From contig NW_005434647.1 of assembly GCF_000315625.1 (NCBI RefSeq), positions 608,936 through 672,935 on the forward strand: 64,000 bases of DNA, given 5' to 3'. The notes under the pieces were generated by a model. The model worked only from the letters and a program-made list of their open reading frames with translations. It did not search any database and was not told the DNA's origin. Shown piece by piece: positions 10,983 through 22,393 of this stretch (the stretch's first letter is position 1; each line of letters begins with the position of its first letter). This stretch comes from Guillardia theta CCMP2712 (taxonomy: Eukaryota > Protista > Cryptophyta). The translations under genes and the position numbers were made by a program.

Positions 10983-11070
10983 CTGGTACAAACGGATATA
11001 CAGTAGTATATATGGTACTATTTACTCTGGTACAAACGGATATACAGTAGTATATATGGTACTATTTACT
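10983..11070. repeat. Perfect 44-bp tandem duplication
   Basis: ctggtacaaacggatatacagtagtatatatggtactatttact x2 (10983-11026, 11027-11070). Confidence 0.95.
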
Positions 11071-11364
11071 TACTCTGGTACCCCCGGCCGAGTTCAAAGA
11101 ACAAGAGACCCGTTGGTGTCCCTGAACTGTGATACAAAATACCGGGTGGGTGGGTCGTCAATCGGGAGTCCGTAAATGTCGGTCTAGTTTTTAACTTAGT
11201 AAGCTGCTTTGTACAGTTGATGGGGACCTGGAAACAAAAACTTAGTAAATAAAAGTGTTATCATTATTAGTACCACTGCGTCAAGTTTGGCACTTTTTTG
11301 ACATGTCTGGTAGTCTGGAACTTGAAATTAAAATGGTCCTGCTTCATTTCGGCTTTACAAGTGT

Positions 11365-12110
11365 CACCCCCCGGCCCGGTGGTGCCGATCGACCCCGGTG
11401 ACCGGCGGGCCGGGCCGGCCATACCGCGGGGGGCGATAAGAGAATCATGAGACTCGTTACACTGAGTGGCCCGGCCTGATGGAGTGTATCATGAAGGAGA
11501 GCAAAGGACTGGAACCTTTTTTTTTTTTTCTTTTTTGGAAGATAACAGAGACTGGAAGGATAGGAGAAAGAGAAAAGGTTAAGAGATAGCGAGAAAGGAA
11601 GTGACTCGGAACTTCGGAAGAGAGAGAGAATGAGGAGAAAGAGAGAGAGAGAGAAGAGAAGGGAAGAGAGAGAGAGAGGGAGGAAGACAGGACCCCATGC
11701 TTAGTATATACAGATAGTAACCAGGAGTATTGTCCGCCGCCCCGAGCCTCCGATGCTTCAAGGGCCTCACTGGTCATTCCACCGTACCGGTTCCAGAACT
11801 GAGCCTGTAGTACAATTTCTCAGTTTTTGTGCTCGGCAAGGGCCTGCCAGGCTGGGCTCTACTATGATATAAGATCCATGTGATCCGTCACGGCCACCGC
11901 ATGGAATCACTGTGACACTGTGACTCTGGAGTCCGGCCCGTCACGAGACACGGCCGCCCCCCGCGGGCCGGGCGGCCCGGCAGTGGGCCCGGGGCCAGCC
12001 GCGGCGCTGAGCCGCGGCCCTGCCAGGCCCAGGCTGGCCGCCGCGCCGCACTGCACCGGGACAACAGTCCTCGTACTCGGATTTGTAACTTAACTTTGAG
12101 TAAAGAGAAG
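11365..12110. other. GC-rich, palindrome-dense intergenic patches (11365-11480 and 11840-12060)
   Basis: Dense CCGG/GGCC/CAGTG/GAGTC words, with no credible ORF. Confidence 0.6.
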
Positions 12111-12289
12111 GCTCAACCGTAGCGTATCCGATGATGTGACAGTTGGGCTTGTACGGTCAGTGTTCCAGTCACACTGAACTTAATACTGATGTACTGATTT
12201 AACTAAACAATTGTATCAGTGGTCTCACGGTTGTAGTAGGCTTCCTTTTTTGACTGAAAAAGAAAGGCAGATGTTGATAAAGGTTGTCA

Positions 12290-15200
12290 AGCATGTTCGC
12301 ACAGTTGCGGGAGGCGCGAGCGATGCTAAGCTCGGGCTTCTGCTCGCCCATCACCGTCTATGACCCCGTCAGCCAAACCTCCAGCTCCTGCAAGGTCATC
12401 ATGCAGATCTCTTAGTGATCTCTTCCTCGTTCTTGTCCTTGTCCTCGTCACCTGGGTTGTCCTGGACCTGCTGGAAGGTCATTTCCTTCCGCTAGCGCCT
12501 AGGTCGTCCCATCATCTCATCCGCATACTCTGAGGGTGTCTCTTGCATATCTGCCTGCCATCGACGTTTCTGTCGTACTGTCACGGCTATCGAGATTGTC
12601 ACTTATGGTCATCACAAACTGACTCATATTCTTGCAGAATATTACCGAATGCTGTATCGATGCTGGGACGTCAAATGACATGGAGGTAAGGCTTAAATGT
12701 ACAACATCGCAGCAATGAAGTTGCTCATGGCTTCCATCCAGTCAAGAGAGATCGCCAACAGCGAGTTCATCGGGAAACCAGGTTATGTTGCGAGCTCTTC
12801 CAGTTCATGCTCATAACGAAGAGCAGGCGACTACTTTCCGTGGGACTAAGTTTTCCCATCAAACTCTATCTGACATCGCCGAATGCTCGTCGGTTCAAGT
12901 AGGGCGGGAGGTTTGTCTTGTTGTCTATTAGTTGGACTAGAGGCCGAGATAACAATCGGTTGAGCTACGGCATCAAGTAGGAAGCCCCTGAAACTTGTCC
13001 AACTTTAATGTCGTCCCACAAAGGACGGGAACAGGCGTCCACCATACTCGCAGGCTTCATCGTCTTGACACCTGCAGGTCACAGTTGCTCTCAACTCACC
13101 GCCTCCATCCTCCTGCTTCTCCTCTCACCGGCGGTTTCCACTTCTCCATCTCCTTTTGCTGCTCCAGCAGCACCTGCAATGGACGTCAGGTCGACTGCTG
13201 GGCAGCGGCATCAAGTTTCGCACCTCCAGTTTTTTGTCGATGTCATCAGTGTTGAAATCTGGCAGGCAAGCTCTCCTTAGCACACCTCCTGCACCTCCAG
13301 CGGGTCTCAACCTGTCGTGGAGATAGAGGGCTCTGCTTGTGCAGATAGCATGGGAGAGCTGGCGGCTGCGGGTTGTGCAGCATCGCGCGCGTCCTTGTTG
13401 ACCTGCGCTTGCGATGAGTCGAAGAGTCGAAGAGGGGGCACGAGCAACACCTGAAGCTGAGAAAGGAACCGACGATCATTCCTCATCATGTCTCGTACTT
13501 TCTTCTCTCTCTTCAGAGCCCTCCTGCAAGGCAAACCTCCCGCGTCAGCTCACCTCCTGATCGGCCCCAGCTCATGGTTCAGCACCTGTTCCTTCCTCGT
13601 AGCCATTCTTTGATGACTTCATCCACCCTCTCCGCCTCCATCAGGTCCTTCTGCTTCTGTTCTTCGCGCTCTTGCCGCTGCTCTTCTTATCAGCTGCTCC
13701 CCGTCATGGTCATGTCCTCACCTTCTGAGCGCTCTCAGCATGCAGCATTGCACGAATCTCGTCCTGCGACCAAGACACTAAGACACCGCCTCCTTTTTTC
13801 CTAGGAGTTTCTCCATCCTCTCCCACCCGCTGTCCCTCCTCTGCATCCTCTTCCATCTCTTTCTCCTCCTCCCCATCCTCCATCGTCTGACCTTAGATGG
13901 CTCTCGCGCATCCCCCGCAGAGAACGCTCGATGCTTTTGGTCGCTGTACAGGCTCGGACTCTTCCTCGTGCTCCTCTGAGACTTTGGAGGGTGTGAAACG
14001 GAGGAGGACGAGAACTAGCAGCAGACCTGCACGGCTCGGTACGGGTCGCTGGTGTTGCGGGATAGGAATTGAAAACCTATCAAGTCCTGTTTCGAGAACT
14101 CGTCTCTGAGAGTGAGAGCCTGTGGCAGGTGTGAGGGTAGCAAGAGGTGGAAAGGAGGGATCCAAAGCATCCATAGTGCAAGGATGAGATAAAAACGAAA
14201 ATCAGAAATCAACAACAAGCAAAGAACAACCAATAAAACGTGAGAATACACCAAGCATGAAGGGCCAGAATAACAGAAACCAGTATTGTTGGCGTTCGGA
14301 AGGTTCAAGAACGAATTTCATCACCTCTCGTCGCTCATCGTTAGGAGGAATGATTTTGGCTGTGTAAAAGACCTAGAGAGTCAATCAGCCATGGCTGAAG
14401 CAAGATGCGCGTTATGTCAGCAGTGAAGATTACTTGGCTCGGTTGATTCAGCTTTGCTTCTGTCCTCCTCTTGACGAACTTGAACTGCGGAGTGTCATGA
14501 TCGGAGTAAGATGGTCTTCATGCATCACTTGTCCTGTGTTGACATCAATCTCGCTGCTCGATGTGCTGTTGATGAAACCCACGTCCCTTGCCTTGATCAA
14601 CCACAAGTTAAGGCTAGTGACGTCACAGGCAGAAACCGCTTCCACACCTGGTTGAGGCCAAGGGTGACAGCATTCTCCTTCACAGTCTGCTCGTCTTTCA
14701 TGATGGCTGTCACATCCTTCAGAAACATCCAAAGGACTCGACAGCTCTCAATACCAGCCACTCTCTCTTCCAACTTCTCTAATTTCCTGATATTGTTTAC
14801 AGCATCCGGTGACATCCCAATATCTTCAGGGTTTTGATGAAACTCTGCAAAACGTGAGAATCTATTGACTTCATCTGTCGATCTACCTGTTCCATAGATG
14901 GCTTGTAGCCCGTCGGCCTGTCCTAGTCTAGCTTTCTTCTGCGGCGGCGCTGGTGAGTGAAAGTGAGCAAAGAGCACTAATGTCACCTGCTTCTCCTGCT
15001 CTGCAAGAAACCTGCGATACCTTACACGTCTCATCTCCTGCAGAGAGCCCTCAGCTATTCCCGTGTGAGAGGAGAAGAGGTATGAACCTTGGCCTCGAGG
15101 TCTTGCTTTAGCTTCAGGATTTTCTCGTGCCTTTCAGCAGCTTTCTGTTGGTGTTTTTGTCGTTCTTCAGCCTCCTAAACACAAGAATCTCAACTTCAAA

Positions 15201-16131
15201 CAATCCATCACACTCCAAGATCTGTTTCACCTTGTTCAACAGCTCCCGGTATTTATCAACTGGGAGCTCAAGTGGACTGTTTTCAACAGAAGCCGAGATC
15301 TGTGTCAAGGCTGTAAACAAGACAACCAGCTTCCATGCCGGGTTGCGATGATATTTACCTCTTTCAACCACACGGACTTCTGTCTCACTCTCTCAGCAGC
15401 AGGATTGTAACGAGGAACCTCCTTGAATCTCTTCTGCTTCACAAGCGCTGCCTTCATTGCCGCTTCGTTGGCAAGCTTGTACCAGTTCAACTGCGGGCAG
15501 AGAGAGCAGTCAGGGTTGCGTCATCCTGCAGAGCACACATGCGCTCACCATTTTCAATTCCTCTTCCACTCTTCCTCTTCCTGTTCGGTTCTGACTCACG
15601 GGATCCGCTCCAAAGTCCGCAGCAAAGAATCTTGGACTTGCACCAGGAGCGGCGGGAAGGCTGACATGATCTGAAGCATTGCCCTCCTCATCGTAGACAG
15701 CAACCATGTTGATAGGAATTTCCCTCGTCACTCGCTGCTCCTCCGTGTTTCCTGGTGATTTTGCTTCAGTACAAGGGAGTACAACAACCATTCGAGGCGT
15801 CCAATAGATGGACAAAGAACACTGAACAAACAGTTCTCACATCCAATGATCATCCGTTTCATTCCTGTGAAGCACCCATCGCTGTCCTAATTACTTATAC
15901 ACCTGAGCTCACATTCATCTGCACTCCATGCCAGCTCTCTCCTACAACCTACCATGATTCAGTGAATCGTTACTCCCTGATATCTTTTCCCCTTCACGCC
16001 ATTCTCATATCGTTCTCAGTTTCTGTTGCGCTGTCACTTCTTGCCTATCTTGCTCTGTTGAAGCTGCTCATCTCCATCTCATCTCCCCTCTTCCTCCTCT
16101 CTTCCTCCTCCTCCGCCCATCTTGTCTCCAT
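12290..16131 (-). CDS. Multi-exon hypothetical protein(s) with charged and coiled-coil segments
   Basis: Chain of minus-strand exons (e.g. LNWYKLANEAAMKAALVKQKRFKE, VDKYRELLNKVKQILECDGLFE, NNIRKLEKLEERVAGIESCRVLW) separated by short introns. No family recognised; ends are approximate and this could be two genes. Confidence 0.55.
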
Positions 16132-16464
16132 GCCCTTTTGAGCTGCCACGCTCCAGCCATAGAACTGCCAACTGCCTGCCACCCACCCTTTCACCTTGTT
16201 GTATCACCCCTTCAAAGTCACCATTTTGACATTACACCCCTACAAGTAGTATTCATGACCCTACCCTCATCCATGAAAATATACCCCAAAACAGCCATGA
16301 CCCCATCTTTTTTAACCCCTACCCCCGATTTCACCCATTACAGTTAAAACTTGGTGGAGGGGGATGAGGCCTTATTTGCACCTAACGTTACAAACCGTTT
16401 CAGATTGCGGATCTACGTTACATGCGTTACTTTTATTGCGACGCATCTCCATATTCCAGCAAAT

Positions 16465-16703
16465 ATGAACGGACGCGGTCAACAAGCGCCTCCTCCTCAC
16501 GCGATGGCGGGCAACCCGATGTACCCCATCCACCCCCTCCACCCCAACCACTCCTTCCCTCCTCCTCCTGCCCCACCCATCCACCCGCCACCGACCCACC
16601 AGTCGCTCTTCTACCACCACCCCCACCACCACCATCCGCACCACCACGATGCCCACAAGCAGGCGATGATGGAGCAGCAGCAGCAGCAGTTGCAGCAACA
16701 GAT

Positions 16704-16734
<31 letters not shown>

Positions 16735-16998
16735 CACCAACAAGTGCAACAGCAGATGCAGCAGCAGATGCAGGGAGCTGTCAATGGACAACCGGTTTAC
16801 TTCCAGTCCTCTACGGTGGTTCCGCACCATGTGCATGAGTCCCACCAGCTGTTCCACAATCACTACCACCCGAAGCATGCAACACATCATCACATGCAGG
16901 CGCCGCCGGCGACCTTGTTCCCTCAGAATCAGTTCCAGCATCTGCCGATCCTGCACATTCCACTTGGAGGCGGATCTGCGCCTCATTCCTTCCAGTGA
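16465..16998 (+). CDS. His/Pro/Gln-rich low-complexity protein (177 aa if unspliced)
   Basis: ATG at 16465; HHPHHHHPHHH and a CAG-encoded poly-Q tract; C/G-ending codon bias. Confidence 0.6.
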
Positions 16999-17485
16999 GC
17001 ACGCAGCTCTCAGCGGATGCAACAAGGCTCGAGATCCCTCAGCACAACAGTTGAGCTCGTATGATGAGTTGAGCTCGTGAGATGATTTGAGCTCGTCTGT
17101 AGATGTCTGCTCCCTTGGTAGCTTAGATGCTCCAAATGGTAAAGTGGAAATAAAACTGGACCTTGATATGACGACTTTGATGTGGCTTGCATAGCTGAGA
17201 GGGCTATAGGTGGTAGGGTGGGAATCAATGCAGGAAGATGTTCTCATAGTACAATAGCCGGACGTTTGCTCGCACTTCCATCGAGCCGAAACTCAGTAAA
17301 TTGCATCGGAGTCGAAATAAGTTTCATTCCCTCCATCTGTATCTGTACATCGAAATATCTTGCGAGCTTGCTAGTTTTTGCAAATCTCATCCCCCTCGCT
17401 CCTCACTGAAACGAATAAAGCGTAGAGCAAATACTCCCACGCCAAGTGTTTTCGCACGTGCTGCAGCATCTGCAAGCAGGCCCCC

Positions 17486-19493
17486 CTAGACTACTTTCTC
17501 CTCTTCCTCATGGCTGTAATGGTACCCTTCTGCATACTGCAGACCTTTCTCGAAGTCCACGTACGAGAGGACGAAGAGCCCTGCGATGGCCATGACAACC
17601 AGCCCGATGAACCCTGCCTTCTCATCGTACGCGAACGTCAGAGTCGCAAAGAGCAACGGCCCGAAGAAACCAGCGACGCGATTCATCATCCCCATGAACC
17701 CAAAGTTGTGGGAAGCCTTCTCCTTGGGGGTGAGCGACCCCATCAACACCTTGCTGAAGATGAAGGCTCCTGATCCCGCCGTGGTCATGCTGATAATGAC
17801 GAAGAAGAAGTCCGCCACATTCGTCATCCAGGCGCACATGATGATCGAGATGATGGTAAGGACGATACACGCCATGAAGCAGATCTTGGCCTCAGCGTAC
17901 TGCGCCAGCCCAAGCCAAGCAAGGGCTGCTACAGCACCAAGAACCTTGTAGAAGACAGCCCCGAGCACAAGCGCATGCACGGGCAGCCCAATCTGTGCTC
18001 CGTACACAAGATAAACAGCATGCAGAGTTGAGTTTGCATCGTTGAAGAGCATGAGGCCCACCAAAAACTTCATCATCTCAATGTTTTGAAGCGTGATAAG
18101 CGTCTCTTTCCATGAGAGCACCAACGAATCCTGACAGCAACGTCAGGCCACACGACTCAGCCGGCAGCACGTTACCGCAAGTGAAGTGCCCGCGAGGTAA
18201 GTATCGTCGTCTTCTTCTTTCAGCCAAATCCACATGGGGATGGCCAGAAGGACAAACCATATCGCACTTACAACGAAGCAGAAGATGATGTAGTCCCTAC
18301 TCAACTCCCGCTTCTCCATGTCTGACATACCCAAGGCAACCATCAAGATTGCACTCCCCACATTGCCGATGAAACATTGGAAGCAAGCAACTTTCACCAT
18401 GTCCTCTCTGCCCGAGAGGAACATGATCAGACTGTTGTAGAAGCAATGCCTGCGGAAAAGAGAGCATGCTCAGAATCAAAACAAGATAGGAACAACGAGG
18501 TTCGTACATGATTGACGTCAACGTCATTGCAATGCCAATGACCAAGAGAATCTCTCGCGCGTCAGAGCTTCGAGATTCAAAGGCAAACATAGTCAAAAAA
18601 ACGATAGAGAGGGCGGATGTAGTGTAGGTAATTAGCTTCCTGGCCGAGTACCGATCGGCGAGTGCTCCTAGAATCGGGCAAAGAATTCCGGCAATCAACG
18701 TAGAAATCGCCACCATGAAAACCCAACTTCCAGAAGCGTCCCCGAGTTTCAAAGAGCTCATCACTTCCTCTTCAACCTCCTCGATCTCCGTCAGGTTCCT
18801 CGGATCGAACGACAGCACTTTTCCCGCGTTGGATATCAACGACGACGCTCCCATGGGCATCATTCCTTCACCACTTGTGCTGCGGACAAGTCATGTTATG
18901 CAGCCGCGCGCGCGTTAGCCTCACCTTCCAGGGGTGGACTCCCTCACTCGACGAACGAAGATGATGGGAGCTAATGTAGAGATGGTAACGGAGGCATATC
19001 CCCAGCAACCAGCATCGAATAAGGCATATCCCCACTGCGCCCTGATAGCAAGACGAGGATCATCCGAGGTAGCCGGGATGAGCATAACTCACCTGTCCAG
19101 GAAATTGAGGAAGCTCGGCCTTGAGTACTCGACGACAGATACACTGGAGACTGGACAGGATGAATCAGGAAAAGCAAATATGATGTGATCGTCAAAAGCA
19201 AATATGATGTGATTGACGATCACATCATATTGTTTTGAAATGTAACTATCTATGCTATCTGTTTGCAACGTAACTATTCCACTTCTCTTGGCTTCTATTG
19301 CAGGAAAGCTTCAACTCCGCACTTGAAACGACCTTGTATAGAGGAGAAAGGCACGAGAACAAGGAACACAGCAAGGCAGATCAGTGAGAACAATCATAGA
19401 ACAATCATAGAATGCATGTCTCTCCACCCTTATCTGTCATCCTCCTCCTCGTCGCTCCTCACCTGGTCTGCCATTGCCCGAGTTCTCCGCCAT
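17486..19493 (-). CDS. MFS transporter, Atg22/UMF1-like
   Basis: WGYALFDAGCWGYASVTIST; CPILGALADRYSARK (motif A-like); FLVGLMLFNDANST; LMGSLTPKEKASHNFGFMGMMNRVAGFFGPLLF; about 12 hydrophobic segments. The start at 19493 is inferred. Confidence 0.85.
19170..19231. repeat. Combined direct (24-bp period) and 19-bp perfect inverted repeat
   Basis: aaaagcaaatatgatgtgat occurs twice. aatatgatgtgatcgtcaa (19177-19195) is the reverse complement of ttgacgatcacatcatatt (19213-19231). Confidence 0.9.
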
Positions 19494-19832
19494 TGCCTCT
19501 TCGCCTGCTCCGTTACAAAATGGACTCAAACTCATAACCGTTATTATTTTACTCGTTACAAAACGTTCGCAAAGTAGTTACAAACCGTTATTTAGGGGTT
19601 CGAATGGCAGATCAGCGCGAATATCATATCAGTTGCCGGGCATGGCAGAGGTGGCGGTTCTTCTGAACCATGGCATCATCATGCAACGATGCTGAACTCA
19701 ACCCCCTGATGTTCGCCCTCTACCAGCCATGAGCCTCGTCGCCGCTGCAGAGATGTTTGTTCCTGTTCACCATCATTGATGTTGGAGTTAGAACGTATGA
19801 GAGTCTCTTCTTTGCCTCTTCTTCCTCTTTGA

Positions 19833-22345
19833 ATGCCTGGGAGCATGAGAGGAAGGGGATCAGCTGATGCTCCGCTCAGTGCCAACTCTGTTGGTTTCTC
19901 CTCTCCCTTGAACATCAATTCTCCTCAAGTTTTCTCAGTGTACAACCCTCAGTCTCGGCCGGTCAAGTCGATGATGAAGGATAACCGCATGCCATTAGGC
20001 AGACAAGCTGTCAGACAGCAGCAGCAGCTTCGTCGCTCGGAGATGTCAGCGCCTTCACCTCGCCGAGATCCTGAAACCCAAGGCCTTGCAGGCAAAGCAA
20101 GCTTTGAGCAAGTAATCAGCTTTCTCCGTGAGTTCGGCGAGAGAAGCTCATGGGAGAAAGTTCTATCGCGTCAGGACACGTCCGGTGAGAAGCAGCTCGA
20201 TCAGCGTCAGTTCGAAGAAGCCTTGAGGGAGTCTGGATTCGTTTCATTCATGCGCATGAGCCCAATATCGGTGTGGGATCGAGCTGTTGGCAAGTCCTTC
20301 CGAACGAGCGGCGTTGCTGAGCTTGCGACCACGCTGTCTATCGTGTGTGCAGAAGAACGCATCCGTCTCCTCTCCTCTGAGTGCTCCTTTGTTGATAAGA
20401 TCTGCGCGAAGATGGAAGGCATGACGTGGCAAGGCGAGGCATCGGTCGAGGGCGATAGTGAGGACAGTCTGGAGAGCGAGCGATGCAGTGAGGCATCCAA
20501 GGAGGTTGCAAGCGGCGATTGCGAAGGTGCTGGGAGTCAGGAAGACGAACACGTTGTGCAAGAGGAGGCAGGTTTGTTGCGAGAGGCCCCGGGCGATGCT
20601 GAGCAGGCTGCTGCTCCATCCCTCCGGCTCTCAGGGCAGGATCAGGGAGGCGATAGAGGGCAGGAATGTTCAGCCGAGCAATCAAGAGAAGGTCATCAAT
20701 CCTGCCAGCAGCTGCAGCAGGAGGAAGACGATGCAGCATGCGGTGAGCACGACGATATGATGTGGGAAGAGGGGACACAGGAGGGAACGGCTCCTTCTCC
20801 TCGGGCCGCTGCAGTTCCTATGCAGCACCCAAGAGCTGACGAGCATCAGGATAGGAAGGAAGCAGGCAGAGAGCAGACGACTTCTACCGACGAAAATTCT
20901 CCCGCGCCTGCTCTGCTACCTCAACTTGTTCACCGCCCGATCCACTCAGTTCACCGCAAACAGTGGGAGTTCTCTCAGAAGGAATTCAAGGCAGCAAACG
21001 TCCCTCTCGATCGCCAGCGCATTCTTCAAAGGCTCGTCAAAGCTGCTGCCACCAGCCGCCAGGACAATTTGAGCGATGGCGGCAGCCAAGGAGATGGGGC
21101 CGAGGGAGGACATGATGGACCTGAGACGCTATCCTGCAGGCTGGTGCGCTTCCCGCTGAGTGAGGAGGGGGAGATGCCTGGCGGGTGCGGCATCATGAGA
21201 TACATCTTGTCGTCAGAGGAGAATGCTGACAAGCTGGAGACGAGCTTGGGGTCGTCAGATGGGGAGGATAAGCTCGACGACGTCGATGCTCCCTCCGCTG
21301 GAGGGGGTGCATCGGAAGGGAACCAGGGATCTGAACTTGAGACCTTGCCGCCTGACGGAGGTTCTAGTGTTGTGCATCCTTCAGTTCCGGAGGACCGCTC
21401 TTGTGCGGTGAGTCATGATCAGACAAACCCGGCAGAGAGAGTTGAGTTAGGGGCCCCGGGTGAATATCCAGGAGAAGAAGGTCACGAGTTCAGCCATCAG
21501 GTGCCCGTCCTAACGTCTCTGCTGCGTGTTCTCACGCCTTCCAGGTGGCAACGATCATTCTTGAGCTCGATGGAGTGCTGCAAAACATCCCGCTCGTCCA
21601 CTACCTCTCTCGAGATGACCCAGAGGATGTCTTTCCTCCAGCAGCTGCAGGCGATGAGAGCGGAGGATTCCATCCCCACACCCTCCCTACCGTCTCATCC
21701 TCAGCCTGCTTGCCTGACGTCTCGCTCCCCCCGAAGGTGGATCAAGGGAAGGATTATCAGCAGTGGTCAGGAGATGAAGTGAAGAATCGACCGGGGGCAA
21801 GGGGAGGAGGAGAACAGGAGGATACAGACGCTTGTTGGAAGTCCCTGGACATGGAGGAAGAGGAGCTGATGTTGAACCATCCTCTTCCTGCTCCTCGTCC
21901 AGTCGCTCCAGCTTCTCTCTCATATGCTGAAGACTTCAGCGTGAGATCTTTGATCGACCTGAAGAGGGAGACATTGTTGAAAGGTATGCGACACCTCTCG
22001 CACCACCTCCTCACTCAGATCTGACGCGGCCTTTCTGGATTCCACAGAATTCTCGCAGCCGAGAGACGAGAGGCAAGATCAAAGTCAAGACACTCCCCGG
22101 CCTCGCACATGTATGGACCCTTCTCTCCTCCTGTTCCATACGTCTGTCTTCCTCCTCCTCCCCCTCCTCCCCCTCCTCCCCCTCCTCCCCCTCCCACTTC
22201 CCCCCCCCACCTCCCCCCCCCCCCACCTCTTTTCCTCCATCCCTACTCTCTACTGCTGTTTTGTTCTGTTTGGTTGTTGACCTTGACATCACATGTCTGC
22301 TGCAGTTGCTCCGGTAGCAACAACGCTCGATACTCCTTCGCATGA
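19833..22345 (+). CDS. Large, mostly disordered acidic protein with an EF-hand-like loop; possibly the 5' part of the Sfi1-repeat gene
   Basis: Long first exon (within the 649-aa ORF) contains DTSGEKQLDQRQFEEAL. Further exons lie at about 21545-22345. Confidence 0.6.
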
Positions 22346-22393
22346 TGCTCATACTGCCCGGTCAGACCTTGCTTTCCTTGCTCCTCCTCTGAC

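Noticed and set aside
16372-17247. 291-aa minus-strand poly-Leu ORF
   Set aside because: Antisense shadow of the CAG/CAC-rich plus-strand ORF.
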